Assembly (NCBI GenBank): GCA_964187785.1
Contig: OZ076409.1
Coordinates: 86,182,001-86,246,000, forward strand
Reading direction: 5' to 3'
Source: Amphiscolops sp. MND2022
Taxonomy: Eukaryota
DNA length: 64,000 bases
The first letter of the stretch is position 1, and each line of letters starts with the position of its first letter. Shown here piece by piece: positions 49,703-62,500 of this stretch. A program made the position numbers and the translations under genes. The notes under the pieces were generated by a model. It worked only from the letters and a program-made list of their open reading frames with translations, was not told the origin of the DNA and did not search any database.

Positions 49703-50319
49703 TAGTCGCAACCTAAAACGCTGTTTGGGGGCTACTGAACTCTCCCTTCTGTAACGATCTCAGCTGCTTCGATTTGAATCCATTTTGGAATAATTTCCCC
49801 GCGTTTCACTGCTGATTTCGGCTTCGGTGTTCATGTGTAGTCCCCTGGACCGAAGGTTCACTTTTGTGCTAAATCCGTCTTCTTGCAATCCTACACAATT
49901 TTGAAGAGTTGGAAGAACTTTCTCAGTAGTCTCGGAGTTTATTTCTTGTAATGTCTTAGAAATAAGATCCATTTTATCAATTGAAATCTTGTTTTTTTGA
50001 AACCTCTTTGAAATCTAGTATCTTTGAAATTTGGCTTGCAATCTTAGAGTTTGTCTTTCTAGCAGCTCCTTTCTGAAATCTCACTGTTTTCCCGGCAATC
50101 TGTGTTTAGTAGAGACCTAAAAGCTTCTATAGGACTTACGATGAGTCTCTGTAGCTCATCGGACTCTGAGACCATTTCTATTCTTCTATCAGCCTCGAGA
50201 ATTACACACTCATTTCTCGGATAATTACACGGCATTATACCAATATTTTTCTAATCAGACATGACGTCCGACTGCCTAGAGCGCTTTTCTTTGGCTTTCT
50301 GCGTCTTGGTTGAAGTCGT
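49703..50319 (-). pseudogene. Decayed LTR-borne gag N-terminus of a related family
   Basis: Reads STKTQKAKEKRSRQSDVMSD*KNIGIM...TTEKVLPTLQN, similar to MPTTRKQKK...ISDIENVDMML...SNQVLPQIQN. It ends near a degenerate ...TGCGAC(T)A terminus. Confidence 0.55.
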
Positions 50320-50715
50320 TTGCAACGAATCTGTGCTCTTTTAGGAATTTATCGTTAAGCAAAATGGGTATACCATTAATATGGGTCAAAAAGTCAACAA
50401 TCAATGTGAGTGAGAGCAATTCGATCGTGATAATGGCGTCATCATTCTGATCCTATCGTCCTGTTCTGTGGAACCGACTATATTTATTATGTTTTATATG
50501 ACACGCAAAAATTAGTCTGACATTGTGTTAAAACTATCCGCCAAAAGATAACGTCATGATCACGTCACCCTAAATTTAGGCTAAAAATAGCATTCAGATT
50601 GCACATCAAAAGTAATGCGGAAAGAGAAGGGGGAAAGGCGGTACCCCGTAAGAGTCAAGGAATTTACTATAAAATGTTTACAGTGAGAATCACCTTTGCT
50701 CCTGTCTGCTATAGC

Positions 50716-51088
50716 AAAACAAGCCGGGAACGGCCCAAGTCGGCGCCATATCTAAGGCTCAAAAAGACTCGAAAACCACTTTTCTACAACTGGAGACAAC
50801 AAAAGCTCTCAAAAAACGAAAAATTGAAAAAAAAAATTCCGAATTTTTTTTGAATTTTTTTTCGAAGTTTCTGGTAAGTCGCACAGTGCCGAAAATGTAA
50901 AAGGGGGAGGACGCTTTTTCTCATGTTGGACGCTTTGGATGCGTTGAAAATGAAGTATTAAGTACATTAGTAAAAGTTGGTAAATGTGCATTATAATGCA
51001 CAAAAAGTGAACGTTACGCGTTGAACTGACGAAAAAAAAACTAGCCACTGTAAGAGTCGGGATTTTCTTCGAAAACGCCGACTAAAAA
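50716..51088 (-). mobile_element. HINE family 1 copy
   Basis: aaacaagccgggaacggcccaagtcggcgcc ... agagtcggg...acgccgactaaaaa. Confidence 0.6.
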
Positions 51089-51752
51089 TGCATCTCAGCG
51101 GACCTGTCAAAAAGGCTAGAGCACCAACCTATAAGAACGGGTTTCCTCGAAATTTTTTTAATTTGGCTGCATTGAATTACGTTTTTGCTAACTGCATAAC
51201 AATACAGTTGCACCTGGTATTGATTACCGTCACTGACGACAGCCTGCGACAACTGTTACAGAAACTTCCATGCGAATTTTTTTTCTTGTGATAAACTACT
51301 TTCATCAAACTGCTTGAATGGTTCTTTAATAATTTTGCCTCAATTTTAGACCATGAAATACTGCAATTTTTGAATTGCGTCATTTCTATTCTCAAATTCA
51401 TCTGAGCCTTCGTCTAATTTGCGGCCATGTTATTGCAAAGTAATTTCATGTACGTTAAAACTATAAACTGGCGTCCCCTTAAGCGTGCTATTTGAGAAGG
51501 GATTTTTATGTCAGACAAAGTGGACCAATTAACGTGTGAAAACAACGTGATCATATCATTAACGAAGCTCGAACTGTTCTCGGTAGCAGAAATGCAGTGT
51601 ATTCATGCAGGATTTACAACCGGAAGCTTACCCAGTTTTCTAGGATCTATAATAAATTACCATGTATAGAGGCCTGCGTTATGTAAAAAGTCCCAGCAGT
51701 CTTGACTTGGAAACTAGCTACTCGACATACTCGTCTAAACGTAAAAATGGTG

Positions 51753-52027
51753 TTTTCAGTCGGCGCCTTTTCCCTTAAGGAAAAAAGCCCAACTATTACA
51801 GTGGGTAGTTTTTTTTCAGTTCACTCTGAATGGTCAACTATCTTGTTCATTTGTTCAAACGTTTTCAAAGTTCGGATAACACGTTTTGATGTTTGCAAGT
51901 AACGTTTTCAAAGTTCGGATATAAGGTTTTCAAAATTCGGATATAACGTTTTCTTGACACTTTGAAGTCCTTTTGCTGTGTTTGAGCCTCAGATATGACG
52001 CCGGCTTTCGTCGTTCCCGGCTTTTTT
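51753..52027 (+). mobile_element. HINE family 1 copy
   Basis: The head ttttcagtcggcgccttttcccttaaggaaaaaagcc matches 6051; internal ttttcaaagttcggata repeats; degenerate 3' end. Confidence 0.55.
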
Positions 52028-52242
52028 CTTGGTGAAAACAGTAAAACTAAAAATAAGTGTTTGATTCGATTGTTTCGAAAGTCCATAGTTTTTAGATTTT
52101 ACAATATTTTAAAATGCTTCAAAATTTCAGGTTTTTCCGCTGAATTCACTAACGAACAAATTCATTTTGTAGTATAGGTTTATGTGGAGATAAAACAACT
52201 TTCGAAAACAAATTGGCCCGAAAAGTCTTCCAGAAGAGTCCC

Positions 52243-54107
52243 TGTTGCAGGCTGCCGCCTGTGATGGAATTAAAATCACTACTACCACCACAGGTCAGGA
52301 ATCAGTACCGGGCACTCTGCCCATATTTTAAAACTCAAGTCATTAAAACTTTTATCTTGTTTTTGTTTTGACGATCTGATGCTATTGGTTATTTTCATTT
52401 TTGTTTACTAGTATGTATCAATTAGTCTGTTAATATTACAGTTTAGCAAGGCTAAAGTGAGAGTTGAGAATTGCAATAACTGTGGTATGCGTTGAAGTAA
52501 ACGTAATACGAATTGAAAGCAACTGTGAAGCAGCAAAGGAAACGTGTTCGAGTGATGTACAGTGCTACGCCGGAAACGTTGTCCTGACCAATCAGAGTGC
52601 AGTATCTATTTTACTTTGATTACATAACTTAATGGCCGAGTAAGGCCAGTTGACGCAGTTATGTCCCTTTCACTTAGTTTTCTAGTCAAACGGCCGGTTC
52701 CGGCTGCTTTGCGCAAAGTATAGTTAAAACACCAATCAAACACGTATTTAACCAGCACTAGTGTGCTAACACTCTATGTACCAATTAAACGCTTTTGTGA
52801 AGTAATAATATTTCGTGCTTGTAATTAATTGTTAATCAGGAACTCCTTACGATATTTATTGATGCTTGTGTAGTACAAGGCAGTTGGCCTGTTTTGGCTA
52901 TTGTTATTGGATTGTCTTTTAATCCAATGGCCATACTGGGCTACATTGCTGGGTTTTATTCATTTATAATGCATGTAGTGATATTAGTTGTTTGTCAATT
53001 TTACGCATCCGCGTAAGGACGTGAGTCTGAGTAGTTTACATTCCTTTTATTGTAAACACTTCTGGAATGTTGAAATTGATATGATGTCAAAGTGTGGTTT
53101 GTTTGATGTAGTGATTTTAAATTCCTCCGCCTCCCTTTGATGGCAAGGATGATGATTGAAAAATGTGTTTGAGTGCATTCCCACACCCTATGAAGACCTT
53201 AAACGATGTGACTATGAATGGATAGTGAATAAATTCCCTTTGTCCATACCGGGACAGATTCCTCAACCGCTTTGATGTAACCATCACCACTAAAATGTCA
53301 ATTGGTAAATGATCATGATCAAGTGCTTTTATGAAAACTTGTATATAATTTGTAATGTAAGAAATGTGAATGTCATCCCCTTAAGGGTATATATACTGGT
53401 ATTTTCCTTAAGAAGGACACAAGTTGATTTATGTTCCTACTATTCAGTTTATTTATTACCCAGTTTTGAAATATCACGTTTTCCGGTCAAACTAGTTTAT
53501 TATTTTGCTCGGAATTCCTTCAATGCCTACTACCAGGAAACAGAAAAAAGCAAGAAAATCTACAGTACTTGAGATGTTATCAGACATCGAGAACCTAGAC
53601 ATTATGTTAGGAGGAGCCACTTTAGTACAAGGGAAAGAGATGAAAGCTTGAATAGTAACTTAGCGGGACGGCCTGAAAGTGCCACTAGCAATGTTCTTGA
53701 AAATGATCACGAAAACACTCGTGTGAATTCAAAAGTTATCAATCCTAGTAATTTTGCCGAGTCAGACCAAAATTTAGCCATTGCTAATTCCAGTGCTGAG
53801 ATAAACAGACTGTCTAGTGAACTGAACTCGAGGTTATCGAGAGAGTTAGATGAGATGATGGGTAGCGTCAACACTCAGATCCAGAGGGCTATTAGTGATG
53901 CAATAAGTAATCAGACTTTGCCTCAGATTCAAACTGCCCTGAGTGCCGGATCAGGCCACTCGACGCAAAATAGGTGGAACGTTTCGTCCGAGAGACCGGA
54001 ATATAATCCCGAAGAAGTCTATGGTGAGAAAATCAAGAAAAACACTAGATGTGATCAACGTAATGATTATCAAAATGATAGTCAACCTCACGCACGTGCT
54101 TACGACA
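52243..54107 (+). mobile_element. Solo LTR of a family related to element B
   Basis: TGTTGCAGGCTGCC...GCTTACGACA termini; flanks GTCCC/ATCCC (TSD with 1 mismatch). Contains a frameshifted MPTTRKQKK...NSSAEINRLSSELNSR...RAYD from 53523; no PBS follows. Confidence 0.9.
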
Positions 54108-57100
54108 ATCCCAAAAAGCTACATTGTATTTTTAACCGTTTTTGGCAGCTTTCGAATATTTGAGTATTTGCAAATGCTGCTGGCAAAAAAGGAGCTAATA
54201 AGCATAATTTTAAAGTAATTTGTTTCACGAATAAGTGCCCCAATGTGTGTCCAAAATAGCTAACTTTTTTATCGTTTTATACAATTTGAACGTTCTTGTT
54301 GGAATGAATATGCAGGGAGTTCAACAAAAATTCTTACTTCACTTATCTTTTCAATAGAAAAATCTAAGTTTTCGGAATAATCGTGACGCTAACGATAGAT
54401 GATTCGAGGTCAATGAGTTGCATAAAAGGTACCCGCAGCCCTGGAAAAAACTTACTACACTGTTTGATGAATGTGGAGACAGTAGTATACGGAGCTAGTT
54501 TCGCACGCTGAAAATGAAAAGACTAGTTCATTTTTGAAAAATATCTGAAGCTGTTTTTCGAATCAAATAATGAAATGCAGAAATTGACCAACGTTCAGAA
54601 TAAACCAAAAAAAATTCGCTCCAAATAATTTATATTCGCAACTCGCAAAGAACTAACCCGTTATGTAATTGACATTTTTCCCAGTGAAGTAAACTTATGT
54701 TATGTACAAATGTTTCTCGGAGTTTCAGAAATCTACACAGATTTAACATCCTTGATGAGCAGAGGAAGACAAAAGATAAGATTTTGTCAATTGAAGAGCG
54801 GCGACTGAACAATGTATTGTTTGACACTCAATTTTGATTCATTCATTGGCTCAATTTCAATCTTAATATAACGAGTATATATAATATAATCTTATTAAAA
54901 TGGTCTTACAGCAGAGAGGAAGTATGTGGTATTCAAATTGACTTTAGTCGAGATGACTAAGCTACTTTTGCTTTCTACATCATAACTTAGTTCTAGGCAA
55001 CTGATTTCATGGAAAACACGTTATCCAAATGTTAATACTGGCTTTTGCAACTCTCGAAGATTTTCAGATATTCTTATTTCTTGAAACCCCAAAAAAGGTT
55101 TGTGGATTAACTTGTACCGGGCATTGAGTTCAAAGGGCTACACAAAGGGGTTTCAAAGAAGTGTGAAAGATCTCATATTAGGATTCATGAATTGCAATCG
55201 TAATGTGAATCAGGTATAGAGGTTAAAACCCTCTTAAAATCAAAACTCATAATTGTCTAGACTTAGGCCGCCTTGCAAGTGATCGTGATTATTCTACTTC
55301 TTTTAATTCCTAATAGCATTAGAGTAGCGACAGTAGAGTTAAGATATTTCCTTCTCAAACCATTAATATTGTTATTACCGGAAGAAATCTGTCAGAGTAA
55401 TTTTGAAAACCCCCGTTTCAATTAATAAAACATTATTGCACAACAGAACACATTCAACATTTTATATTATATCACACTGCAATCAAAATTTTACGTTTTC
55501 AATGTCACAATGTCAAACTTGGCAAAACGGAAAACATCATTCGAGCATGTCATGATTCCTACTTTCCGTTAACTGGTTACTGATTTAAATTCTGCTGAAA
55601 AGGAACTATACCAGTCAAGATAGAGTCTGTTTTGACGCAACGAAAATAAACGATCAGTGACTCGAACTACTGATATATTATTTATACAAAAAAAAACTGG
55701 CTTTAGGAAATAATGACACAAGCGAAGCACTTATAGTAAAGGCGCAGAAACCAAACAAGCACAAGAAATTATCATAAAACCATTGACGCCGTCCTTCAAA
55801 TGTGGAAATTTCCTACTTTTGAGAAAATTTTGCAAATTGGTTCTTTCCAAGCTCCAAGAAAACAAAAGTGGGTTGAAGATCTTAGGTGTCGGAAAATTGA
55901 AAAGTGTTTCTGTAGTTCGATCCATATTTGGTGACATGAAACGAAAAACAATGTGTTTGAAGAAACTTCAATTGCAAATTATTTCAATTTCAAATGAGGC
56001 ATTGGAATTATGTCTTTCAACAAGCTCTTCCACAAGCTTCTTTCAACAACATACAAGTGTTGACAAACCGCGTGATTCCATGCATGGTCCATGTGAATTC
56101 CATGCATGACCCATGCATGGTATCCAAATCTCAAAGAAGCTGAATTAGCTCAAAAGAACCATCGGATATATGAATTAAAAAACGGCTCCACTGTCACTTT
56201 AATTCATTCGTTGAGACATTGGCAGAGTCTCGAATCTGAAATTTTTGGCCTGTTCTCTTTAAAATTTTATCCGAATTCAGATGATCATAATTTTCTCACT
56301 CCATCTATTCCGGCTGACTGGTAAAACGTAAGTTTGCGAAACAAATATGAACTTTAATATTTGAAATCAGTTGAATAAAATAAAAGTACACCAGGAATGT
56401 GCTAAAATCACTGGGAATAAAATTTAAAAGCCATGGAATAAGAACCATGAAGCTCTAAAAACCCCGGTAACTAAGTGGAGAACAACCACGCACGATCAAT
56501 TAAAACAGATATTACATCCGTATTGAAATTTCCATATAAACCAGCGAAAACGCTAGATTTTCCTGTAGTGACACCGCAACTAAACCAAAATATAAAAGTT
56601 GGAATAAATTGCGGTCAAAAAAAATTTTTGACAGAATTTTTCTTGAGTGGTTCCCTACTATGTGGAGCGCAATTTAAAATTTGATTGCTTTAGTTTTTGA
56701 AAGTTTTTTCGAAAAGCAGCGATTCCAAACATGAATCATGCCTAGACCATACATGACCATGGCAAGCACTGAATTTACCTGATAATGCATGGAAATGAAA
56801 GAAACAACACAGGGAAATTTGTCATTAATTCTCTAAATGTCACTGCCGAAAGTAATTGGAGTGAATATTCTCGGATTGAACACGCCAAATTAACCAGAGC
56901 GAGGCTTATCGCACCACAAAATGTCTGCATCAGTTGGGGTGCAAAATACCCAGTGCAAAATACTCATATATGCAAAAGATACACTTACTGAGATCTTGCA
57001 TATTCTTGCATATTTCCGCTTACTCTTTAAACGTTTGATAGGATCTTGTTTCTTCTCCACAAAAACATCTTGAATTTCTTACTAAGAGTTTAGGTAAGAG

Positions 57101-57202
57101 TTCTATTCCGCTTGCAAAGCAAACAACATTTTCTCTTTACAACTACTTTGCTATTGGTCGCCCCAACAGCTAAACTACCATTCTTTGGAGTGTTGATTAT
57201 AG

Positions 57203-57452
57203 AACAAGACGCCCGCTAAGCACCAGGATATTTTCCGCTAAAAAAGTAACGCACCAACCCCGGTTCGAACCCAGGACCTCGTGTCTGCCAGTAAGCAGTA
57301 ACTAGAATAGTTGCTAAGTAACTAGAATAGTCAAGTAACTAAACTAGTCAAGTAACTCTAAGTGAGGTAAAACTGAGAGATTTGGCAGAATTTGGAAAAA
57401 AACGCAACACAGATCATGATTTTCCTCGCCCGTTTATGTGGGCGGAAAATAA
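57203..57452 (-). mobile_element. HINE-like family 2 copy with a tRNA-like segment
   Basis: aacaagacg end; inverted pair TATTTTCCGC / GCGGAAAATA; (gtaactagaatagt)n microsatellite; B-box-like GGTTCGAACC at 57262-57271. Confidence 0.45.
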
Positions 57453-59457
57453 CAAGAAAGTTTTCAAATTCAGGACGTGATACTTTGGTTAGCAGAGTTA
57501 ACAGCTGTGGCATAAGAGTCACCCCACAGTTGAAAGCGGTTTTATTGATTTCCATAAACATTTTTCTTCTAAGTGATCGTACTTTTCTTTGCACTCTTGT
57601 TTTACGAATTTTCAAGAATCTTGTCAAGAACTCCGAGCCATTTCAAACTGGGAGCATCCCCGATCGTTTAATGAGTCCAGCTTTTCTGAGGCAGGAGATA
57701 TCTCGGAAAATAACTTAATTGGAGTTCAGTGTTCGCACTTTCGCTGTTCGCGAATCAACTTTGGGTCGAGTCATCTTCCCCAGGTACACCTTGTTGGGAA
57801 TAACAAAATATTAATTCAAAAGAGCGCTTACAGCGGCCGCTTTATTTTTCAAAAATCGCTTATGTGCTTTTTTCGGAAAAACCTCGTCGCTGCGTTTAAA
57901 TAAACGCTCGCGCTTTAAGCGGCCAATACACTGCTGCTGAGAGAATGTGTTGCTCTCGACAAAAATCTTTGTTTTGGGAAACAAACAGAAAAGAGTCAGA
58001 GAAAACGAAGGATCTTCTAAAAATCATTTCAGTGGTCATTTCAAGAATAATCGAGTTAATAGATTTTTCAAAGATTGTAATCACTTTTACAGAAACAAAA
58101 ATCTCTTTGAAAGAGAAACCTTATGCAGCAGCATTTATTCGAGAAACTGAAAACAAATGCTCTTTTACCTCAGCTTTGGAAGGTACAGAAATTGAAAAAA
58201 AGAACAGGAAAAATGCAAAAAACGGCATTACAACTTCCAGCCTAGAAATTTGTTTTCGTTTTTTTTTCGTTTCTGAGTAATTGTTTTTAGCCATAGCAGA
58301 AACCCGAAAATGGAATTGACATTTAGGCAGATGATATCAAAATTATTTGAGGGCAGATGATTTGAGGCCAAAATAGCTCATTTGATTTTGAATGTCACCG
58401 CAATCAGCAAATATCGAATGCCAGATTACGGATACTTATTGCCTGCAGCTTTTTTAACCTGAATTAGAATCGAATAGTTGCAGGCAAAAATGAATGAGCG
58501 GAGGTTGTACAAAATAGGCCAACTGTATCTACAACAAGAGAGCGGCACTGCTGAAAAATTTGGAAGAAGGTTGAAAATAATGAAAATAATTTAGGTATTG
58601 ATTTCAGACTATGTCCCCTAATGATCTCCCATCTGCCTTTATTCCCCCGGCAGAAGCTCCTGAATGACGTTTGATTGACTGTCTTTGTGTGGATAAAAAA
58701 GACGCCGACCGGTCGCTTTATGATCACTCGCGAAGTCAATTTTCTGTCATGAAATGATGGTTGAGCAGTTTTATTGATTCGTGTTTGAAGTAATTGTTTT
58801 ATATATTTAACAGGTTTTCTTTTCTCGTATTAGTCAAGCTCTTTTACAATCAGAAGGTGTCATGTGAAGGGAACTATGCAAAAAGTTTGAGGAATGTTGG
58901 ACCCGATTACTTTTTTAATTCGGAACTTTTCAATTAGTAACCATTTCACATCGAAAGAGAACACAACGCTCGCCTCAAATCACGACATGTATACTATTGA
59001 GAAATCTGATTTCGAAATCTGATAATCTGGATTGTTCATTTACAAATAAATCGTTCGTTCTCTGTGCATCGCTAAATTGTCCGTATTTGACAAGTAAAAG
59101 AGATTTGGGCGAAATTTGAAACCCGTGGCTTGGAGCGGGAATCAAACTTGACACTTTTATAAACAATGTGAGAAGTAGTGTAAAAATAAAAGTGCAATCT
59201 GAGCCCAGGTTCGAATTGGTTGTAGAGGAGTGAAAAACGGAAGTTATCACTAATGAAGACTTTTCCTGACACTTTGTTTTCTCTAAACACGTAGTTGGGT
59301 TAAATGAGAAGAGTTCAATAAGTATAATTGTTCTCAAAATGCGCATTTTTCCGCCACACTTTTAGGTGAAGTCTGAAATGAGAGCGCGGCTAGTGCAGAA
59401 AAAAAGCATTCACATCAAGGAAATTCAATTTTTTGTAATTAACATGTGATACTCTAC

Positions 59458-59597
59458 AAACAAGACGGGAACGTCTAAAGTCGGCGCTATATCTAAGGCT
59501 CAAAAAAGCGCTAAGTTTTTAAACTTGTAAAAGGGGGGACCCTTTCAGCTTTTTGAAAATCCAGTCTGTTGCAAAATATCAAAAAAATTGAAGATGT
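59458..59597 (-). mobile_element. HINE family 1 end, interrupted by element C
   Basis: aaacaagacgggaacgtctaaagtcggcgctatatctaaggctc, running up to the LTR. Confidence 0.6.
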
Positions 59598-62500
59598 TGT
59601 AGACTCGTGGAAAAGATAGAATTAAGAAGTTCAAATTAAGAAGATAGCGTTATCAATAGTGTAGAGTACTAGAGTATCAGTATCTATCCGTATAGCATCG
59701 TAGGCAATAACTAAATGGTGGGGATGTACTTTATAGTTCATAGGCAGGTACTTGAATGTTCAATTAAGTCTGTCTAGACTATATAACTTTAACCTCTACA
59801 TTCCCCCCTCTTCGGGATTGTGGGAGCCATTTTTTTAATGTCTCAGGCGTTCTTGTTTCCAGCCTTCTGTTTGTTGGCTGTGTTCCGGATGAAGTGTACG
59901 ATCTTCTTCTGGCTTTTTGGCTTTGGATCTAGAATATTCGAAAGTTGTCAAAAATATTCTATCCCGCCCATTTTATTTACCCTTTTTGCGTTTTTGATTC
60001 TATTGGATCTACGGATCCCTTTTCCCCCTCTACGATTTTTGGCTTGTTCTCTTCGACCTCTATATTAAATTCTACTACACCTTTACTTACTGAATTTGGG
60101 CTTTTTTGTGGTGATCCAGTTGGGGTTTGGTCAGGGTCCTTGTTGGTTCGGTGTTGTGCCAGTTCTGTACTGCAACTGACGGGTGGTAGAATTTCGGGTG
60201 TTTGGCTTTTCTCTGATTTTCTACTGTCTCGTCCGTATTGTACTTTATGTCTGCCGTGACGGTGATTTCAGTGTCGGTATTGTCCGTGAGCGGTGGTTCC
60301 TCCGCTTGGGATGACTGACTATCGGAGATTATGGTGACGTCCGGGTTCTTTTCGGTCTGTTTGACGGGCATCATTGGGAACGTTTCCGAGCTGGTCGATT
60401 GTTTTTGTAGCTCTGATTTTATTCTTTTGTGTGTGTCGCATAGTTCTTCATTACTGAATCGTCCAGATCTTGCGCACCGTTTGGTCGGTTTTCTGATCTC
60501 CTCGTTTTTCTTCAGTGGCTGAAATTTTAAAGGGTTAGATGCCAGTTTCTTATGAATGGTTTTACCGTCCGTAGTTGTTATGGTATGTTTAGTCTCTCTG
60601 GCTGCAGTTAAAAGTTTATCGGTTTTAAATCTGCATTTTAGTGCATTGGGTTTGTTTTCTTTTTCAAAAAATTGGTAACTTTTAAAACTGTCGCTTACCG
60701 ATCGTCCCCTCTTTCTTGACTCATTGAGTATCAAATAATCGGCCAGTTCTCCATCTGAGTCGTGTATCGTAAAGACTTGTAATTCGGCAGGCTGCGCTAA
60801 AATGTAATTTGTTAGTGTTTTCTTCCAATTCGTTAATAGGCAATTTGGTTGGCCAATCAGATTGGTTATCGGCGTGCGTGGTTTTCTCCCGTAGTGTAAT
60901 TGGAAAGGTGTCATTTTCAGAGTACTGTGTTGTGTTTGTCTGATGGTTTTAATTGCCTTGTTGACACTTTCTTCAAAAGTTAAATCGTCTTCTAAATTAG
61001 CTCTAGTTAGCGACTTAATTGTGCGAATTGTTCTTTCGACCAATCCGGTTCCCGTATGTAAATTCGGTGTACACCGTATTCTTGTAATGTTTTCGCCGTT
61101 ACAGTATTCTTTGAATTCTTTGCTTTTGAAGCAGCTACATTTGTCGGTACGTATTGTTTGTGGCGTTCCGTTATCGGCACAATATTTCATTAAAAATTTT
61201 ATTACGGTTGGAGAGTCCGTGTTTTTACAAATTTGGGCCGTTGGCCATTTGCTGAAACGGTCGATTGCAACTAAAATATAGACGTTTCCGCGTGATTTTG
61301 ATCTTATCGGGCCGGCAAAGTCTACCTGGATTTCTTGTCCGGGTTCAGTTAGAATTTCGAGTCTATTTATTTCCGATTGCGGTTTTTGTGTTTTTAAGTT
61401 CTTACCTGCGTATCGGCAGCTGGGGCAGTTCTCAGCTTTGTCTCTAATCTCACGATGGATACCCGGCCACCAGAACGCCTCCGCGGACTTGTCCATCTTG
61501 TTTGTTGATACATGGCCGTTGTGTAGCATGGTGATAATTGTCGGTCTAATCGCTTCTGGGATAACTATGCGGTCATTATAAAAAAGTAATCCGAAGCGAG
61601 TTTCAAGATGTTCGCGGTGTGGGCGATATGGATAAAAGATGCCGTCGCGGTTCCCAGTTTCCAGGGCGATGATAGCGTCTAGTATCTTGGTATCTTGTGC
61701 CGTTTCCTCGACCAGCATTGGCAGATCCGTTGCAAATTCTCTTTCGGCCTTTTTGATCATCTCTGCCGTTTTTTCGTTTCTTTCTTCTGGCAGCGTATTA
61801 CGTTTGGCGGTCGGTTTTAGTCGTATAAGATTGACGCTTTCGTGTTTTTTGAACTTTTTCAGAATGTTTGTTGGACATTTCTCCGTTTTTAGATGGCTAA
61901 TTTGGCTTTCGTTATCAGAGGACACATTGATCCAAGATTCATGAATGTTTTCGTTGAATTCTCTCAGGGGTGTAGTCCCCAGGCTCTCGCAGTAATTGAA
62001 GAATCGATTGTAGATCATTATATTGATTCGCTCGATTTCTTTTCAGTCTTGTTGCGAAGGACGATATTGTTGTATGCGTTCATTTTCGCTGCCTTTTCCT
62101 ACGATTCTGGTACGATTCGGTTGTAGGATTTTATTTCTTTCGGAGCGAAGTTTGTTTGTTTCCGGAGAATGTCCCCGTTTTTTGAAAATAAATTCGATGT
62201 CAATTCCATTGATTTTATCCATTTTTGACATTCGCGGTACTTTATTCAAGCTTTGTGTTATTTGACGGTTCAATGTTGTTTCGCGGTGAGAAAGTTTGGA
62301 TTGAGTCTCTGTTGTTGGTTTGTTCACGTGTTTGTTTTGTGCGATGTGATTGGTCGGATTTTGTTGCCAATTGCTGTCGTTGGATGTGTTGTGTAATACT
62401 ACCGTTCGTGCGATTAAACTCGAATAAGCCGTATATCTGATTTATTACGAATTCCTCTTCGGCTTCTTTTTCTTCGTTCTCGCATGATGTTTCCCCTTGG

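Noticed and set aside
54200..59400. Short ORFs of 60-123 aa
   Set aside because: AT-rich, mostly non-ATG starts, no recognisable domains or consistent exon structure.
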